DNA of 64,000 nt from Octopus vulgaris (lineage: Eukaryota). The stretch covers positions 78,554,001 to 78,618,000 of the forward strand of contig OX597823.1 in the NCBI GenBank assembly GCA_951406725.2. Reading direction: 5' to 3'. Every line of letters begins with the position of its first letter. The first letter of the stretch is position 1. Made by a program: the position numbers and the translations under genes. Below the pieces are notes generated by a model, which ran no database searches, was not told the origin of the DNA, and saw nothing but the letters and a program-made list of their open reading frames with translations. Shown piece by piece: positions 40,352 to 52,009 of this stretch.

Positions 40352-41204
40352 GGTGGTGGTGGTATCGATGTTGATGATGATGGCAGGAGGGATGATATTT
40401 ACATGCTGATGGTGATATTAGGAAGTAAAAGGAAGAAAATGGAGAGTGACGTTTGATGACATAAAAAGGAAAAGAATGATTCCCAATGTACGTTGGACTC
40501 TGATGATAACTGAACGTTGCTGGTTATTTAGTGATTTCTTGAAGTAAAATGTCAACAAAATATAAAACTAAAAAGAAACAAAAATTTCAAAGAATAATTT
40601 TAGAAGTTACATTTTCAAATGATAGCAAGATTAAAATATGAAATATGACAAGATTTAAGACATTTGTGACAGCAATTCTCATGGAATATTCGAAGGTTTC
40701 TGAGGAAAAAAAATATTAAAGAAAGGATTAATATTTATTTGTACCAAATGCCAGTTCAGGACTGTAGATTGGCATTTGATATGAATTTTTAGATAAGATA
40801 GTTCATGGTGTTTGTTGGACAATATTATTTGTGATATTTAATCCAACTATATCTGGGGAGAAAAAAGAAATTCACCAGAAAATAGGGAATCATGGCTAGA
40901 AATACATTGATCTTACTAGATTAGAAGATGAGATGATGTATTTAACCCTCTGACTGTAGGGAATGTGTATTTAGTGACTTGACATGTTAGAAACAGAAAT
41001 TGGATTGCTTTCAAATAAAAATATATTGTCTTAAAATAACATTGGACACACTGGATATGGTTGTCCTAAATAACATTAAAATGTCATGATGGCCATGACT
41101 GGAATGGACTGCATGATAGGTTTTACTGAGTTTAACAACAAAAACAACTGCAGCAACAACAACATAAGCAATCAGAAAGATGTCGAATGCTCTAGTGATA
41201 TTAA

Positions 41205-41432
41205 GAGCATGAATGGTGAAGAGTTGCTAGAATTATTACTGCACTGGGCAAAATGCTTAGTGGCATTTCACCTGTCTTTACATTCTGAGTTCAAGTTTCA
41301 CCATGGTCAACTTAGCCTTTCATCCTTTTGGGGTCGATAAAATAAGTACCAGTTGAACCCAGGGGTTGATATAATCAACTTAGCTCCTTCTTGAAATTAC
41401 TGGTCTTCTGCCAAAATTTGAAACCAATATTA
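41205..41432 (+). mobile_element. Family A SINE
   Basis: ggcaaaatgcttagtggcattt...ttctgagttcaa...gcctttcatcc...aagtaccagt. Confidence 0.85.
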
Positions 41433-41559
41433 AGACCATGTAACCTCCTGTCTATGGAGAAGTTCTATGTTCATGCCTATCCCATTGGTATTATTACTGT
41501 GATTTATATAGTTATGTCTAGCAATTAATCACATCTTTGGACGAGGCAATGAAGAAAAC

Positions 41560-42565
41560 CTTTAGTTTAACCATGAGCAGCACAACACCACTGAAAAACT
41601 GTAACAAACCAGTTACAGTTTTTGAAGACAAAAACAAGCAGATGGAAAGACAGGTTGTATATTGCACTGAATTCTGTTCTGTGGAAAGCAACATCTCATA
41701 CAGTGAGATGATTATTGTGATAGAGGAACTAGAGAAGGTGGTGAGCTGGCAGAAACGTTAGCACACCGTGAGAAATGCTTAGTGGCATTTCGTCAGCCAC
41801 TATCTTCTGAGTTCAAATTCTGCCGAGGTCGACTTTGCCTTTTATCCTTTCGGGGTTGATTAAATAAGTAACAGTTACGCACTGGGGTCGATATAATTGA
41901 CTTAATCTGTTTGTCTGTCCTTGTTTGTCTTCTCTGTGTGTAGCCCCTTGTGGGTAGTAAAGGGATAGGTATTTCGTCTGCCGCTATGTTCTGAGTTCAA
42001 ATTCTGCCAAGGTTGACTTTGCCTTTCATCCTTTCGGGGTCGATTAAATAAGTACCAGTTGTGCACTTGGGTCGATATAATCCGTTTGTCTGTCCTTGTT
42101 TGTCCCCTCTGTGTGTAGCCCCTTGTAGGCAGTAAAGAAATAAGAGGAACTAGATACATTGATGGACTGAACAATGTTGTTGACTGTCTCACCATTAGAA
42201 AGACACCAGGATTGAATGGCCTTCTACTAGAGGCTATCAAGTATGAAAAGGAATGCTGTTATTCCACCTACATAAACTACTGTGTGGACACTGGAAAGAA
42301 AGAGCAGTGCAACAGGACGTGGGAGACTGCAATATTGCAACCTGTGCAAGAACAAAATGGCACAATCTTCCTCTTCAATAAAACTGCAGAGAACAATGAC
42401 AATGACTATATGTCAATATCATTAACCTCAGACTGGCCTTCGATCCTGTGAGTAGAGACAGCTTGTATAAAGTATTTCCTAAGATTGGATACCCTTCGAG
42501 GTATCTCATGACTGTTCAGTCAATCCACACAAACATCATAAAAGGCATTATTCAGCTTGCTGGCT
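41560..42565 (+). pseudogene. Heavily decayed RTE RT fragment split by a SINE insertion
   Basis: KQMER...; KTPGLNGLLLEAIK; AFDPVSRDSLYKVFPKIGYP (cf. RTE AFDTVSR..LW..L.K.G.P). Confidence 0.7.
41734..42142 (+). mobile_element. Dimeric family A SINE with 12-bp TSD AGAGGAACTAGA
   Basis: TSD at 41722-41733 and 42143-42154; second unit starts at tatttcgtctgcc near 41970. Confidence 0.92.
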
Positions 42566-42859
42566 CTGTAGTGAAGTTCTTTCTTTCTTCCTTTCTTTCT
42601 TTCCTTCTTTCTTTCTTTCTCTCTTTCTTCCTTCCTTCCTTTCAGACACTGAAAGAAATGGCCTCCACCAGGACTAAAAATACACAAAACGCACCCTTTG
42701 CCATGACATTAGAACATTGAAGACTCAAAGCAATACACACATTTATGTACATATATGTATATATATATATATATAAAACTTAGTGTACTTTTTTTCCAGA
42801 TTTATGTTTATAGGATATATATATAAATATGTATATATATATATATAAATATAAATATA

Positions 42860-42948
<89 letters not shown>

Positions 42949-42951
<3 letters not shown>

Positions 42952-44400
42952 CACTTCTTAAACTTTTTCATACATGACCCCATTTTTGATCATGAGATTT
43001 TTAGTGACCCGCAGTATTAAATATGAAATAAAACACACAAATAAATACATAAATCATTTATTTTTTTGCTGAACAGTGTACATATAAAAGAAAGTAGTTA
43101 TATTATTTGTCAAAATAAAAGTAACTTTCGGATTTGTTTAAAGTACGAAAATAAACCAAAATAAATGTTTTAAGTACAAAAATAAACCAAAGTAAAAACC
43201 AATGTGACGGATGTGCTTGCTTTTTGCTGCATAACAAATTAAACCTTGGTGTAATATTTGACACTAATGGACGTAAAGCATCTTCTACATTTTTTCAGTA
43301 TTGAACAATATTTCGTTTTAATAAGGGTTAAAGCTGAAAAAGTCATTTCACATAGGTATGTGGTGCTAAATAACAAAAGAACATGTAATAACTTTTCAGA
43401 AATTGTGGGAAATTCAGCTTTAGCTCCAATCCAGAATTCAGTCAAAGATTTTTTTGTAAAATCAAGTTTCAATTTTGGGTCACTCAATAGCAATTTTTGA
43501 AATATCAGTTCTTTTGTCCAACTGAATTGCGAATTTTGGTTTTACGTTAAGTATAGTAATAAGTTGCTGAAATTGGTTGTTGATTATTTCAGTAATTCTA
43601 TTGTCGACAGTGTCATTTGACAAAGTAATTTTCTGAATTTCATCACTATATTTACTTCCGTGAAATATTTCTACTATCTTCATAGCAGTAGGTAATAAAA
43701 GTTCTTTCCCAATGGTGTATGGCTTTTTATTTTTAACAATTAGATATGAAATCTCGTATGACACTAATAAGTATCTTTCGTTTATAGTCATAAATTTCTC
43801 AGAATTTTGTTTTTCTATATTTTTAGATATAACAGCCTTTCAAAATACATCTTTGATTTATTGACATATGAGGGATGTTTGGATTCAAGATGCCTTTTTA
43901 ATTCTGAGAGTTTCATACTCTCTGCGATCACTATGTTATTGCAAAGGGATTGTTCTATACCATCTCTATTATTATAAGAAAAGCCAAATTGGAGAAATGA
44001 CTCATCGTATTTTCTTTTCTGCATCTTAAGTGCCTCTCTCTGATTACTAGGTCCTGCTTGAACAGACTCTGTAGCATTGCCATCTGTGTCATTATAAATG
44101 GATACAACGATGTAACTCATTAAAATAACAGTTCTGTAATGTATCTTCTCATTTAGTCGAAAGAAAAGCTGCAAAATGAAAATATTTTCATTTATGTAGA
44201 TCAACAATGAGATCACATATACAAAAAAGAAATGAACACGCAATACAGCAAGAAAAGTAATTAAAATAACCATTGACAGATATATATGTATAAGCATCCT
44301 TGTGCAACTTGCATGGTGCAACTTGCACATCTGCAAAAATGTAAGCATATGCACTTGTGTGGTTTGGGGCACTCATGATCACAAAGCGAGTTAAATAGGT
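42949..44400 (-). mobile_element. Decayed, internally deleted hAT (Charlie/Buster, ZBED5/SCAND3-like) transposon
   Basis: KRKYDESFLQFGF...LKRHLESKH; KKPYTIGKELLLP...LSNDTV...FAIQLD; EFW...FSTTYLCEMTFSAL; KQAHPSH* end; CAGCACTTCTTAAACT terminus at 42949. Catalytic middle missing; other TIR not found. Confidence 0.88.
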
Positions 44401-45097
44401 ATTTGGTGTTAATAAAAATGGGGTGAGCAAAGCAAAACTTAATTCAGCTATATCTTAAAGTAAATTATGATAACAGTTACTCAAGTTCATTCCTACTGCA
44501 TCGTGCAAAAGTACATTTATATGTATGTAGGCATCTTGAGAGTCTTTCAGCAATTCTATTAATGATCTTTTCATTGGTCCACAGAATAGATAGGGATTCC
44601 TCGCAGCAGAGTCGGCATCTCCTGGAAATGATATTATATAGTTTTGCATGCCTTACTATGGACTACATTATGTTGTACTTAATTTTATCTTCCTTCAGTC
44701 ACCATACAAAATTTGCCAAAGATGTTGAATGTCTCTTACTGATTCTCTTGAAGTTGGCAACATGGTTAAGATAACATGAATCAGCCATCTGTCCAATGTA
44801 AACAAACTGCCCTCCCCTTGTGTGCACAGTACATTTATATACAAGATTTGTACTCATACAGAGGTTTATCAATGGGTATTTTGATTTTTCTCTGCATGTG
44901 CATTTATCATATTTATTTGTATATATGGCAGTTCTGATTTCATTTGTGACATTGTAATCGTGTTAGCTATCTCATAAGCATTTCTTCTATCATAATTTTG
45001 CAGTAATTGGTGCTTTTCATTGCAGTTTACATCTTTTTCAGTATTTAGATATGTATGTTCACTAGATCCCATGGGGGGGGGGGTTTATTGAACTGTT

Positions 45098-45300
45098 GTC
45101 ACATTTTACTATTGTTTATGTGGTGCATAAGCTTCTCTAAATTAGCAGTGTCAATGTAGGATACCTTCATGGTGTGCCAATTAAAACTAGCATGATATCG
45201 ATTCGATATAGGAAAACATTTGTCCAAAGCAGCAAAAGATTTTCCAGCGATCTTGGTTGAAATATGCGAACCAAAAATTTGGGTTGAACCAGAGGACGCT
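45098..45300 (-). mobile_element. Short fragment of another PLE (WFNP-type linker)
   Basis: WFNP (frameshift) STKIAGKSFAALDKCFP...FNWHTMKVSY...N; matches the PLE linker pattern IGK.F..LDKHFP...FN..T.KVSYS. Confidence 0.7.
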
Positions 45301-45334
45301 TGTATATATTTACATGTATAAATGTATATATGTA

Positions 45335-45546
45335 TATTCAACATGTGACCTTGTGAGCACCGCCAGCAATTTTTTTTCCTCTGTCTTCCCTTCTCGGGAT
45401 CTTTCCTTCTCCTTTGTTTCCGACGAAGAGCTCCACTCGAAACGTTAAACCCTCCTTCTTCCCTTCTTTCCTGAGCTTCCAATAATACTTTATTTGTTCC
45501 ATGTCCTCGCGTTGCTGTGTTTTTTTGTGTTTTCTTGTTTGGATTA

Positions 45547-45550
<4 letters not shown>
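45335..45550 (+). mobile_element. Non-coding PLE pseudo-LTR / retrozyme-like element with hammerhead
   Basis: Flanked by TA-rich runs; hammerhead at 45416-45450; second partial copy at 32322-32434. Confidence 0.75.
45416..45450 (+). ncRNA. Minimal type I hammerhead, U4C core variant
   Basis: guuu-CCGACGA-a-gag(cucca)cuc-GAAA-C-GUU-aaac. Confidence 0.65.
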
Positions 45551-45588
<38 letters not shown>

Positions 45589-45952
45589 TTATAAAATGAG
45601 ATAGGGGTTGAAAATTCAACCCACCATGGGATAATATATATCCAATATACTGCTAGATAGGTACCCAACAAAAATAATACATAGATGTTAAAAATTGTCA
45701 AGCAATCAGTTCATCTATTGTATTAAATGGGTAAAGGTAATAATATTACCGTAAATTAATACTACAAAATTAGAGAATGGAGAAACATACTTAAATCAGT
45801 AAAACATCAACTATCCGATGATACTCAATCCATACTTTAATACACCATTACATATGAGTAAAGGCAATATATAAAATGAAATGAGATATACAGTAATAGT
45901 AAAAGTAAAAAGATAAAGAGATATAAGTAAAAAAATTTTCAAATATAATATA

Positions 45953-46090
45953 CAAATAAATCAAAACTGACAGCTGTTTCGGCAGTGAGGACAGTCATAC
46001 CTCATTTAACCTATAAGCCATAAAGGCAGGTATAAATGAGGCATTAACAAGGATGCCCCACGGCCTCTTCAGAGAATTAAATTAAATTTG
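45953..46090 (-). ncRNA. Long-stem-II hammerhead, inverted copy
   Basis: Reverse complement of 51641-51778. Confidence 0.8.
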
Positions 46091-46666
46091 TTATAATAGT
46101 GAAAAATATTATATAATCATATACATATAAATATAAAAATATAAAAATGTAAAATATAAAAACTTATATATCATAATGCTACACTTATATAATATAATAC
46201 ACATTTGTACAAAAAGGAAGGTAAACAGAACAATATAAAACAAAATATATAACAGTGTATATATTAATATTAATAAGTACCGATATTATACATATTTGGC
46301 TAATAGTTTTTTTTATAAAAAAAATTATGTTTCTCCATTCTCTAATTTTGTAGTATTAATTTACGGTAATATTATTACCTTTACCCATTTAATACAATAG
46401 ATGAACTGATTGCTTGACAATTTTTAACATCTATGTATTATTTTTGTTGGGTACCTATCTAGCAGTATATTGGATATATATTATCCCATGGTGGGTTGAA
46501 TTTTCAACCCCTATCTCATTTTATAACCTGAATTTATCTTTTGAGGAACCTGAATTGCTCATACTGGTGTAATATAAGCATCCATTTATTGATTTAAATA
46601 TTAATAGTGCATGTGAATACACCCTAGTGTAGTATATTTGTTCCTTTGATCATTACTGCTAGAAGA

Positions 46667-48193
46667 ATGGAGAAAATACTGATCAATTCATCAATGAAGG
46701 ATGTACCTATCCCTACCAAAGACCATTACACTAAAGAACTAATTTATAGAATGAATGAATGCATCCATAGGATCATATGGAGGATTTTCCACCATGAGAA
46801 CTATAATAATAAAATAAACCAACAACACACTGGGGAAACGATCCGTAATGGAATTGGAAGCACCTATGAAGAAATATTAAAACTAACAGGCACTACATTT
46901 AAATCTAGAAAGTCTCCTCCACCAAATATACATCTAGACAATTTTGAACAAGAACTATGGGAGACTGTAAAAAACATAAAATTTAGAAATCATCCTTTAA
47001 GATATAACCCGCACCAAAGAGAATTGAAAGACTTAATTAGAACTCTCAAAGGTAAGAGCGGCATTCTAACACATTCTGACAAAACCAACAACATCTACAA
47101 CATGGACATTACTGCATATCATGATCTTCTACACAAGGAAATAACCAAGAAATACAAAGTAGTACCTTCTAGTACACTTAGAAAACTGAACATGGAGATC
47201 AGAGAAATCATATTTGACTACTACCTAGAAGAAAAAACGGAACCCTACACCCCATCCAGACCGAGAATTACACTAAAGGATCATAAAGAGAATTTTCTTG
47301 GAAACACACAGGTCAGATTAATTTGCCCCACTAAATCTGACTTAGGCAGACTAAGTAAACTCATTCTAGATAAATATCTACCCACCATCCGCAATAAAAT
47401 CAAACTAAACCTTTGGAAGAATACTCAGGGTGCTTTGGATTGGTTTTCTACCATTAAGGTCTGTGACAGTAACAACTTTAGCTATAATAGAAATAAATTT
47501 ATACAATTCGATATACAGAATTATTACACTTCAATTAACCCTATTATATTAAATAAGTCCTTAATTTTTGCTAGAAAACACACTAAATTAAGTATGGGGG
47601 AGATTAAGGTTATACTAACAGCCAGGAAAACTTTAATAGAGTTTGATAATAAACTTTGGGCTAGAAAGGACACACCCAACTTGTTCGATATCACAATGGG
47701 ATCGCCGGACTCAGCGGAGGTGACTGATCTAGTTGGGATGTATCTATTAGATAACTTTAGTAGGGAATTCCCTGAATTAAAAGGTGGATTATACAGGGAT
47801 GACGCCTTATTTTGTGTTAGGAATACATCTAATAGGAGATTAGATCTTCTGAAAAAAAGAATAAATAAATTTTTTAAAAGCTTCGGCCTATCCATTATCA
47901 TTGAAAGTGAAAATTATTCTGCTAATTATTTAGATGTTAATTGTAACATTACTAATGGTTTACATGAACCCTATATTAAACCTAATTCTAACCTAATATA
48001 CATTAACCATTCTAGTAATCACACCCCCCCCCCCCAAATTAAAAATGCACTAGTGCGTAGCATTAGTCAGAGAATTTCTAGTTTATCCTCAAACGGAGAA
48101 ATTTTTAACAAACACTGTGATAGATACAATGCAGCATTACTTAAGGCAGGATATAAAAGTAAGATTTGGTTTATACCTAAGGGGAACCCCTAA
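46667..48193 (+). CDS. PLE reverse transcriptase (N-terminal domain, RT core, thumb)
   Basis: ATG 46667 MEKILINSSMKDVPIP; SDKTNNIY; ITLKDHK..F....VRLICPTKSDLG; FIQFDIQNYY; FDITMGSPDSAEV; GLYRDD; NYLDV; SNH.PP. Confidence 0.95.
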   Translation: MEKILINSSMKDVPIPTKDHYTKELIYRMNECIHRIIWRIFHHENYNNKINQQHTGETIRNGIGSTYEEILKLTGTTFKSRKSPPPNIHLDNFEQELWETVKNIKFRNHPLRYNPHQRELKDLIRTLKGKSGILTHSDKTNNIYNMDITAYHDLLHKEITKKYKVVPSSTLRKLNMEIREIIFDYYLEEKTEPYTPSRPRITLKDHKENFLGNTQVRLICPTKSDLGRLSKLILDKYLPTIRNKIKLNLWKNTQGALDWFSTIKVCDSNNFSYNRNKFIQFDIQNYYTSINPIILNKSLIFARKHTKLSMGEIKVILTARKTLIEFDNKLWARKDTPNLFDITMGSPDSAEVTDLVGMYLLDNFSREFPELKGGLYRDDALFCVRNTSNRRLDLLKKRINKFFKSFGLSIIIESENYSANYLDVNCNITNGLHEPYIKPNSNLIYINHSSNHTPPPQIKNALVRSISQRISSLSSNGEIFNKHCDRYNAALLKAGYKSKIWFIPKGNP

Positions 48194-49514
48194 TGGAGGT
48201 AGAACTATCAGGAACAACACAAATAGATTTAGGATAATCAACAATATACATAAGAATAGTAAAAATAGAATATATGATAACACCTATAATAAATGTAGAA
48301 GTGACGTTAACCTTGGAAAGGTGAACGGTAGCTCAAATAGATCTAAGCATACGGGTAATAGTAGTAATATTAATAATAATATACGAATTAAAACTTATGG
48401 TAGACATGATAATGGTAAAGTTTACTTGCGCAATAACCATGGTAATATTGATATAGATAGATATAATAATAACAGTGGTAAGAATAGTAATCCTATGAGT
48501 TGGTCTACGAATAGGATTTTCACAAATAACATTAATTCTATAGGCAATCCTAATTCTGATAAGGATACTCTTTGGTTGATTATCCCGTATGCAATGCAGA
48601 TTAAAACAAACATAGTGAGAGCTTTGCATAATGTTATTTTTAGGCATTTTGGTAAGGATAGGAATAAATTTAGTCCTTTAATTAACAACGGTACTGTTAG
48701 AGTGGGATATAGCATTACTCATAATCTAGCCACCATTATCTCCTCTTTTAATAACAAGAAACTGGATCACTTCTATAAGGATAGAAAATTGAATTTAGAC
48801 CAGGATAACTTGCCCCTCTTCATTAATAATAGGAATAGAAATTTTCTTGGAACAAATGGGAACAACCTCCTTACTAATAATGAGTGCACCATACCTGTCA
48901 GAGATAATATAAATGTAATAGATCACACTACTACTACCAATACTAGTACTAGTGATGGAAATATAGCCGATAATGTGAAATTAACTCATTCGTTGATTTT
49001 GGGTTTGGATGATGATAACAATTGTAACACTTATAATGTGAATAGTAGTATAGGGGTGGTGTCCAATCTTAGATTTCCTCATTCTGTTAATCTTTGTAAT
49101 TGCAGAAATAAAAATAAATGTGTATTTGGTAATCAATGCCTCAGGAAGGAGGTAGTTTACCAATGCACTGTAGATACACAATTGAGTAGTAGGGTGTATA
49201 TCGGTGCAACTATGAATAGCATAAAACAAAGATGGAATTATCACAGATATACTTTTAGGAATAAAAATAGAATGTACTCTACAGGGCTAAGTGCATACAT
49301 TTGGGAACTTAAAAGTAAGAACTTAGATTTTAGATTAAACTGGAAAATACTAACTTCAGCACCTGTGTATAATGGAAAAAATAAAAAATGCTCTCTATGT
49401 ATTAATGAAATTTTCTTCATTATTAAAGCGGGTCGGCAAATTATTAACAACATTAATGAGAAAAACTTCTTTTGTATTCATAGGCTACCGTTCACCTTTT
49501 CTAGATTCAAATAG
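48189..49514 (+). CDS. PLE Asn-rich linker + Cys knuckle + GIY-YIG endonuclease (+1 frame relative to RT)
   Basis: CNCRNKNKCVFGNQCLRKEVVYQCTV...VYIGAT...KQRWNYH...STGLSAYIWELK...CSLCINE...CIH; Nematis-like architecture as recalled. Confidence 0.92.
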   Translation, partial: PNGGRTIRNNTNRFRIINNIHKNSKNRIYDNTYNKCRSDVNLGKVNGSSNRSKHTGNSSNINNNIRIKTYGRHDNGKVYLRNNHGNIDIDRYNNNSGKNSNPMSWSTNRIFTNNINSIGNPNSDKDTLWLIIPYAMQIKTNIVRALHNVIFRHFGKDRNKFSPLINNGTVRVGYSITHNLATIISSFNNKKLDHFYKDRKLNLDQDNLPLFINNRNRNFLGTNGNNLLTNNECTIPVRDNINVIDHTTTTNTSTSDGNIADNVKLTHSLILGLDDDNNCNTYNVNSSIGVVSNLRFPHSVNLCNCRNKNKCVFGNQCLRKEVVYQCTVDTQLSSRVYIGATMNSIKQRWNYHRYTFRNKNRMYSTGLSAYIWELKSKNLDFRLNWKILTSAPVYNGKNKKCSLCINEIFFIIKAGRQIINNINEKNFFCIHRLPFTFSRFK

Positions 49515-51269
49515 AACTTAGCACTTCCACTATTATTAATTTTTTAATTCCCTTCTTTAACTAAATATACCTGTGGTCCTCTATAATTCTAAAGTATACA
49601 ATTTATAAATTTCATAATTTTATAATTTTTATAGCTACATTTGTATAATAATTAATGGATGTGTCTAGTATTATTGGTTTCTTGATTTTTGTATGTGGGT
49701 TTTTGTTTGTTTTTTTTTTTTTTTAAGAGAAATGCAATATGACATAAAATAGCATATTCATTTTGGTATTTGCCTTGTAATGTGTGATTTTTGAAGTTTT
49801 CCAATATTGCATAGTATATTGCATAGTATATATGTATATCTTGGTTAGATACCTAGCTCTAGATAATGTAATGATATTGTATAATATGTAATATATGAGA
49901 GCCTTTTGTGAGTTTGGTGGGTTTAGGTTGAGATTATAGGTTTTTTGTATGTGTTTATTTGGAAGGTTTTTATTATATATTTGGTCTTTTTGTACTCACC
50001 TTAATTTGTATCTTATGCTATTCACTGATAAACCTTTTTCATTTTTCTTTTTTTCATTTTCTCATTTACATGCATTTTGCTTTATAATTATTACCAGCCT
50101 CATATATTTAGTTTATATCTATAGTCCTCTGGATCTGTACTTTAAACTATCCTTCCATACATATTTACTTTCAACAATATAAAATATATATAAAATATAT
50201 ATATTCACTTTATTTATTTTTATTTATTTCCCATTTTATTGTAATATTATCAATCTTTGCATCTAGTCTTCTATTCATTTATTTATTTGCCTATTTAAGT
50301 GTAGATGTTTACATACATATCAAGTCATCTAATTTGTTACCTATTTATTTTTTACTTATTTACTTATACTGGTGTAGTTTTATACATACATATCTATCAT
50401 TTATTTGTATTTAATTTTAATAATATATGAATACATATATACTAGTTTGTACTTATAATTATGTGTATAACCGTATTTATTCCTTCGTATTTATTCCTTT
50501 TTATTTATTTTATATCTTTTCATCTTAAGTCTTTATAATATAAAATTTATTTAAAATTTCTGTGATGTTCTCATAAGCGTTTACATTAATACTTCCCCTT
50601 CTATTCTTTAATGCCTAACTGGTATATTTATGGCACTATATTTATTAAGTTAATAAGTGACTTATTTATAATATTTAAATTAATATATATTTTATATTTT
50701 ATATTTTATAATTTAGCGTACTTAAAATCATAACAAACTTACGATAAACCTAACAACCGTATGTTTACTCTGTAACAAACCGGTGTTATAAATTTTAAGT
50801 TACCCATGAAATAATTATCTGAATTAGTAACATACTGATATCTAAAAATATATTTATATCTAAATTAAATATTTTATAGAATGCATGGATGGTTCTTTTT
50901 TTGTTATTAAGGCTCAGTTATAATTTTGAAGGACTAAATGTTAGCATAGTTGCTTCCCTTTTTTGTTTACCTAAGTGCTAGTTGTTGCTTGTAATTTTGT
51001 ATGTGTATAAGTGTATGTATATACATATAACTATGTGTGTATGTGCGATTGATCTGTTGATGCGTGTGTGAATATTGGCGTTCCTTGACTAACCAACCGT
51101 ATAATTTTCTTTTGTGATTTAAATTTCAAACCAATAGCCAATCGAATTAATCTAAATTTTCTTTACCTAGTGGTCAGCATTTCTTAACTCATAGTTATTT
51201 CGATCTTGAAAGGATGGACTTGGTGCTAACTTAACTGTATCTATTTTTAGTATTTTTTTATTATTATTA

Positions 51270-51316
<47 letters not shown>

Positions 51317-51640
51317 AGTAATTTTTATTAACTTTTATAGCTTTAGAATTTTATGAACTGTACCACGGATTTAATTATTATTTTTCATCTCCATATGTGT
51401 TAGCAATTTTTTTTATAAAAAAAACTATTAGCCAAATATGTATAATATCGGTACTTATTAATATTAATATATACACTGTTATATATTTTGTTTTATATTG
51501 TTCTGTTTACCTTCCTTTTTGTACAAATGTGTATTATATTATATAAGTGTAGCATTATGATATATAAGTTTTTATATTTTACATTTTTATATTTTTATAT
51601 TTATATGTATATGATTATATAATATTTTTCACTATTATAA

Positions 51641-51778
51641 CAAATTTAATTTAATTCTCTGAAGAGGCCGTGGGGCATCCTTGTTAATGCCTCATTTATA
51701 CCTGCCTTTATGGCTTATAGGTTAAATGAGGTATGACTGTCCTCACTGCCGAAACAGCTGTCAGTTTTGATTTATTTG
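51641..51778 (+). ncRNA. Type I hammerhead ribozyme with ~85-nt extended stem II
   Basis: CUGAAGA 51659-51665; stem II ggccgugggg/ccucacugcc enclosing augccucauuua/uaaaugagguau; GAAA 51751-51754; palindromic CAGCUG stem III; GUC site at 51760-51762. Confidence 0.85.
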
Positions 51779-52009
51779 CATATTATATTTGAAAATTTTT
51801 TTACTTATATCTCTTTATCTTTTTACTTTTACTATTACTGTATATCTCATTTCATTTTATATATTGCCTTTACTCATATGTAATGGTGTATTAAAGTATG
51901 GATTGAGTATCATCGGATAGTTGATGTTTTACTGATTTAAGTATGTTTCTCCATTCTCTAATTTTGTAGTATATATATATATATATATATACATATATAT
52001 GTATGTATG

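Larger units (their letters stand above)
45586..51972 (+). mobile_element. Near-intact Penelope-like retroelement with inverted 5' pseudo-LTR, inserted in (TA)n
   Basis: RT + GIY-YIG ORFs; 45759-46326 = revcomp of 51405-51972 (one mismatch seen); 45586-45789 = revcomp of 46326-46529; TA runs on both sides. Confidence 0.95.

Noticed and set aside
44455-45072. Second hAT remnant (FP...RNPY...LIELLKD; ...NQNTH*)
   Set aside because: Similarity is weak and motif order is inconsistent with a transposase
46646-49514. Selenoprotein-encoding Naiad-type PLE
   Set aside because: The endonuclease is C-terminal, there is no in-frame TGA, and the break is a frameshift at TAA
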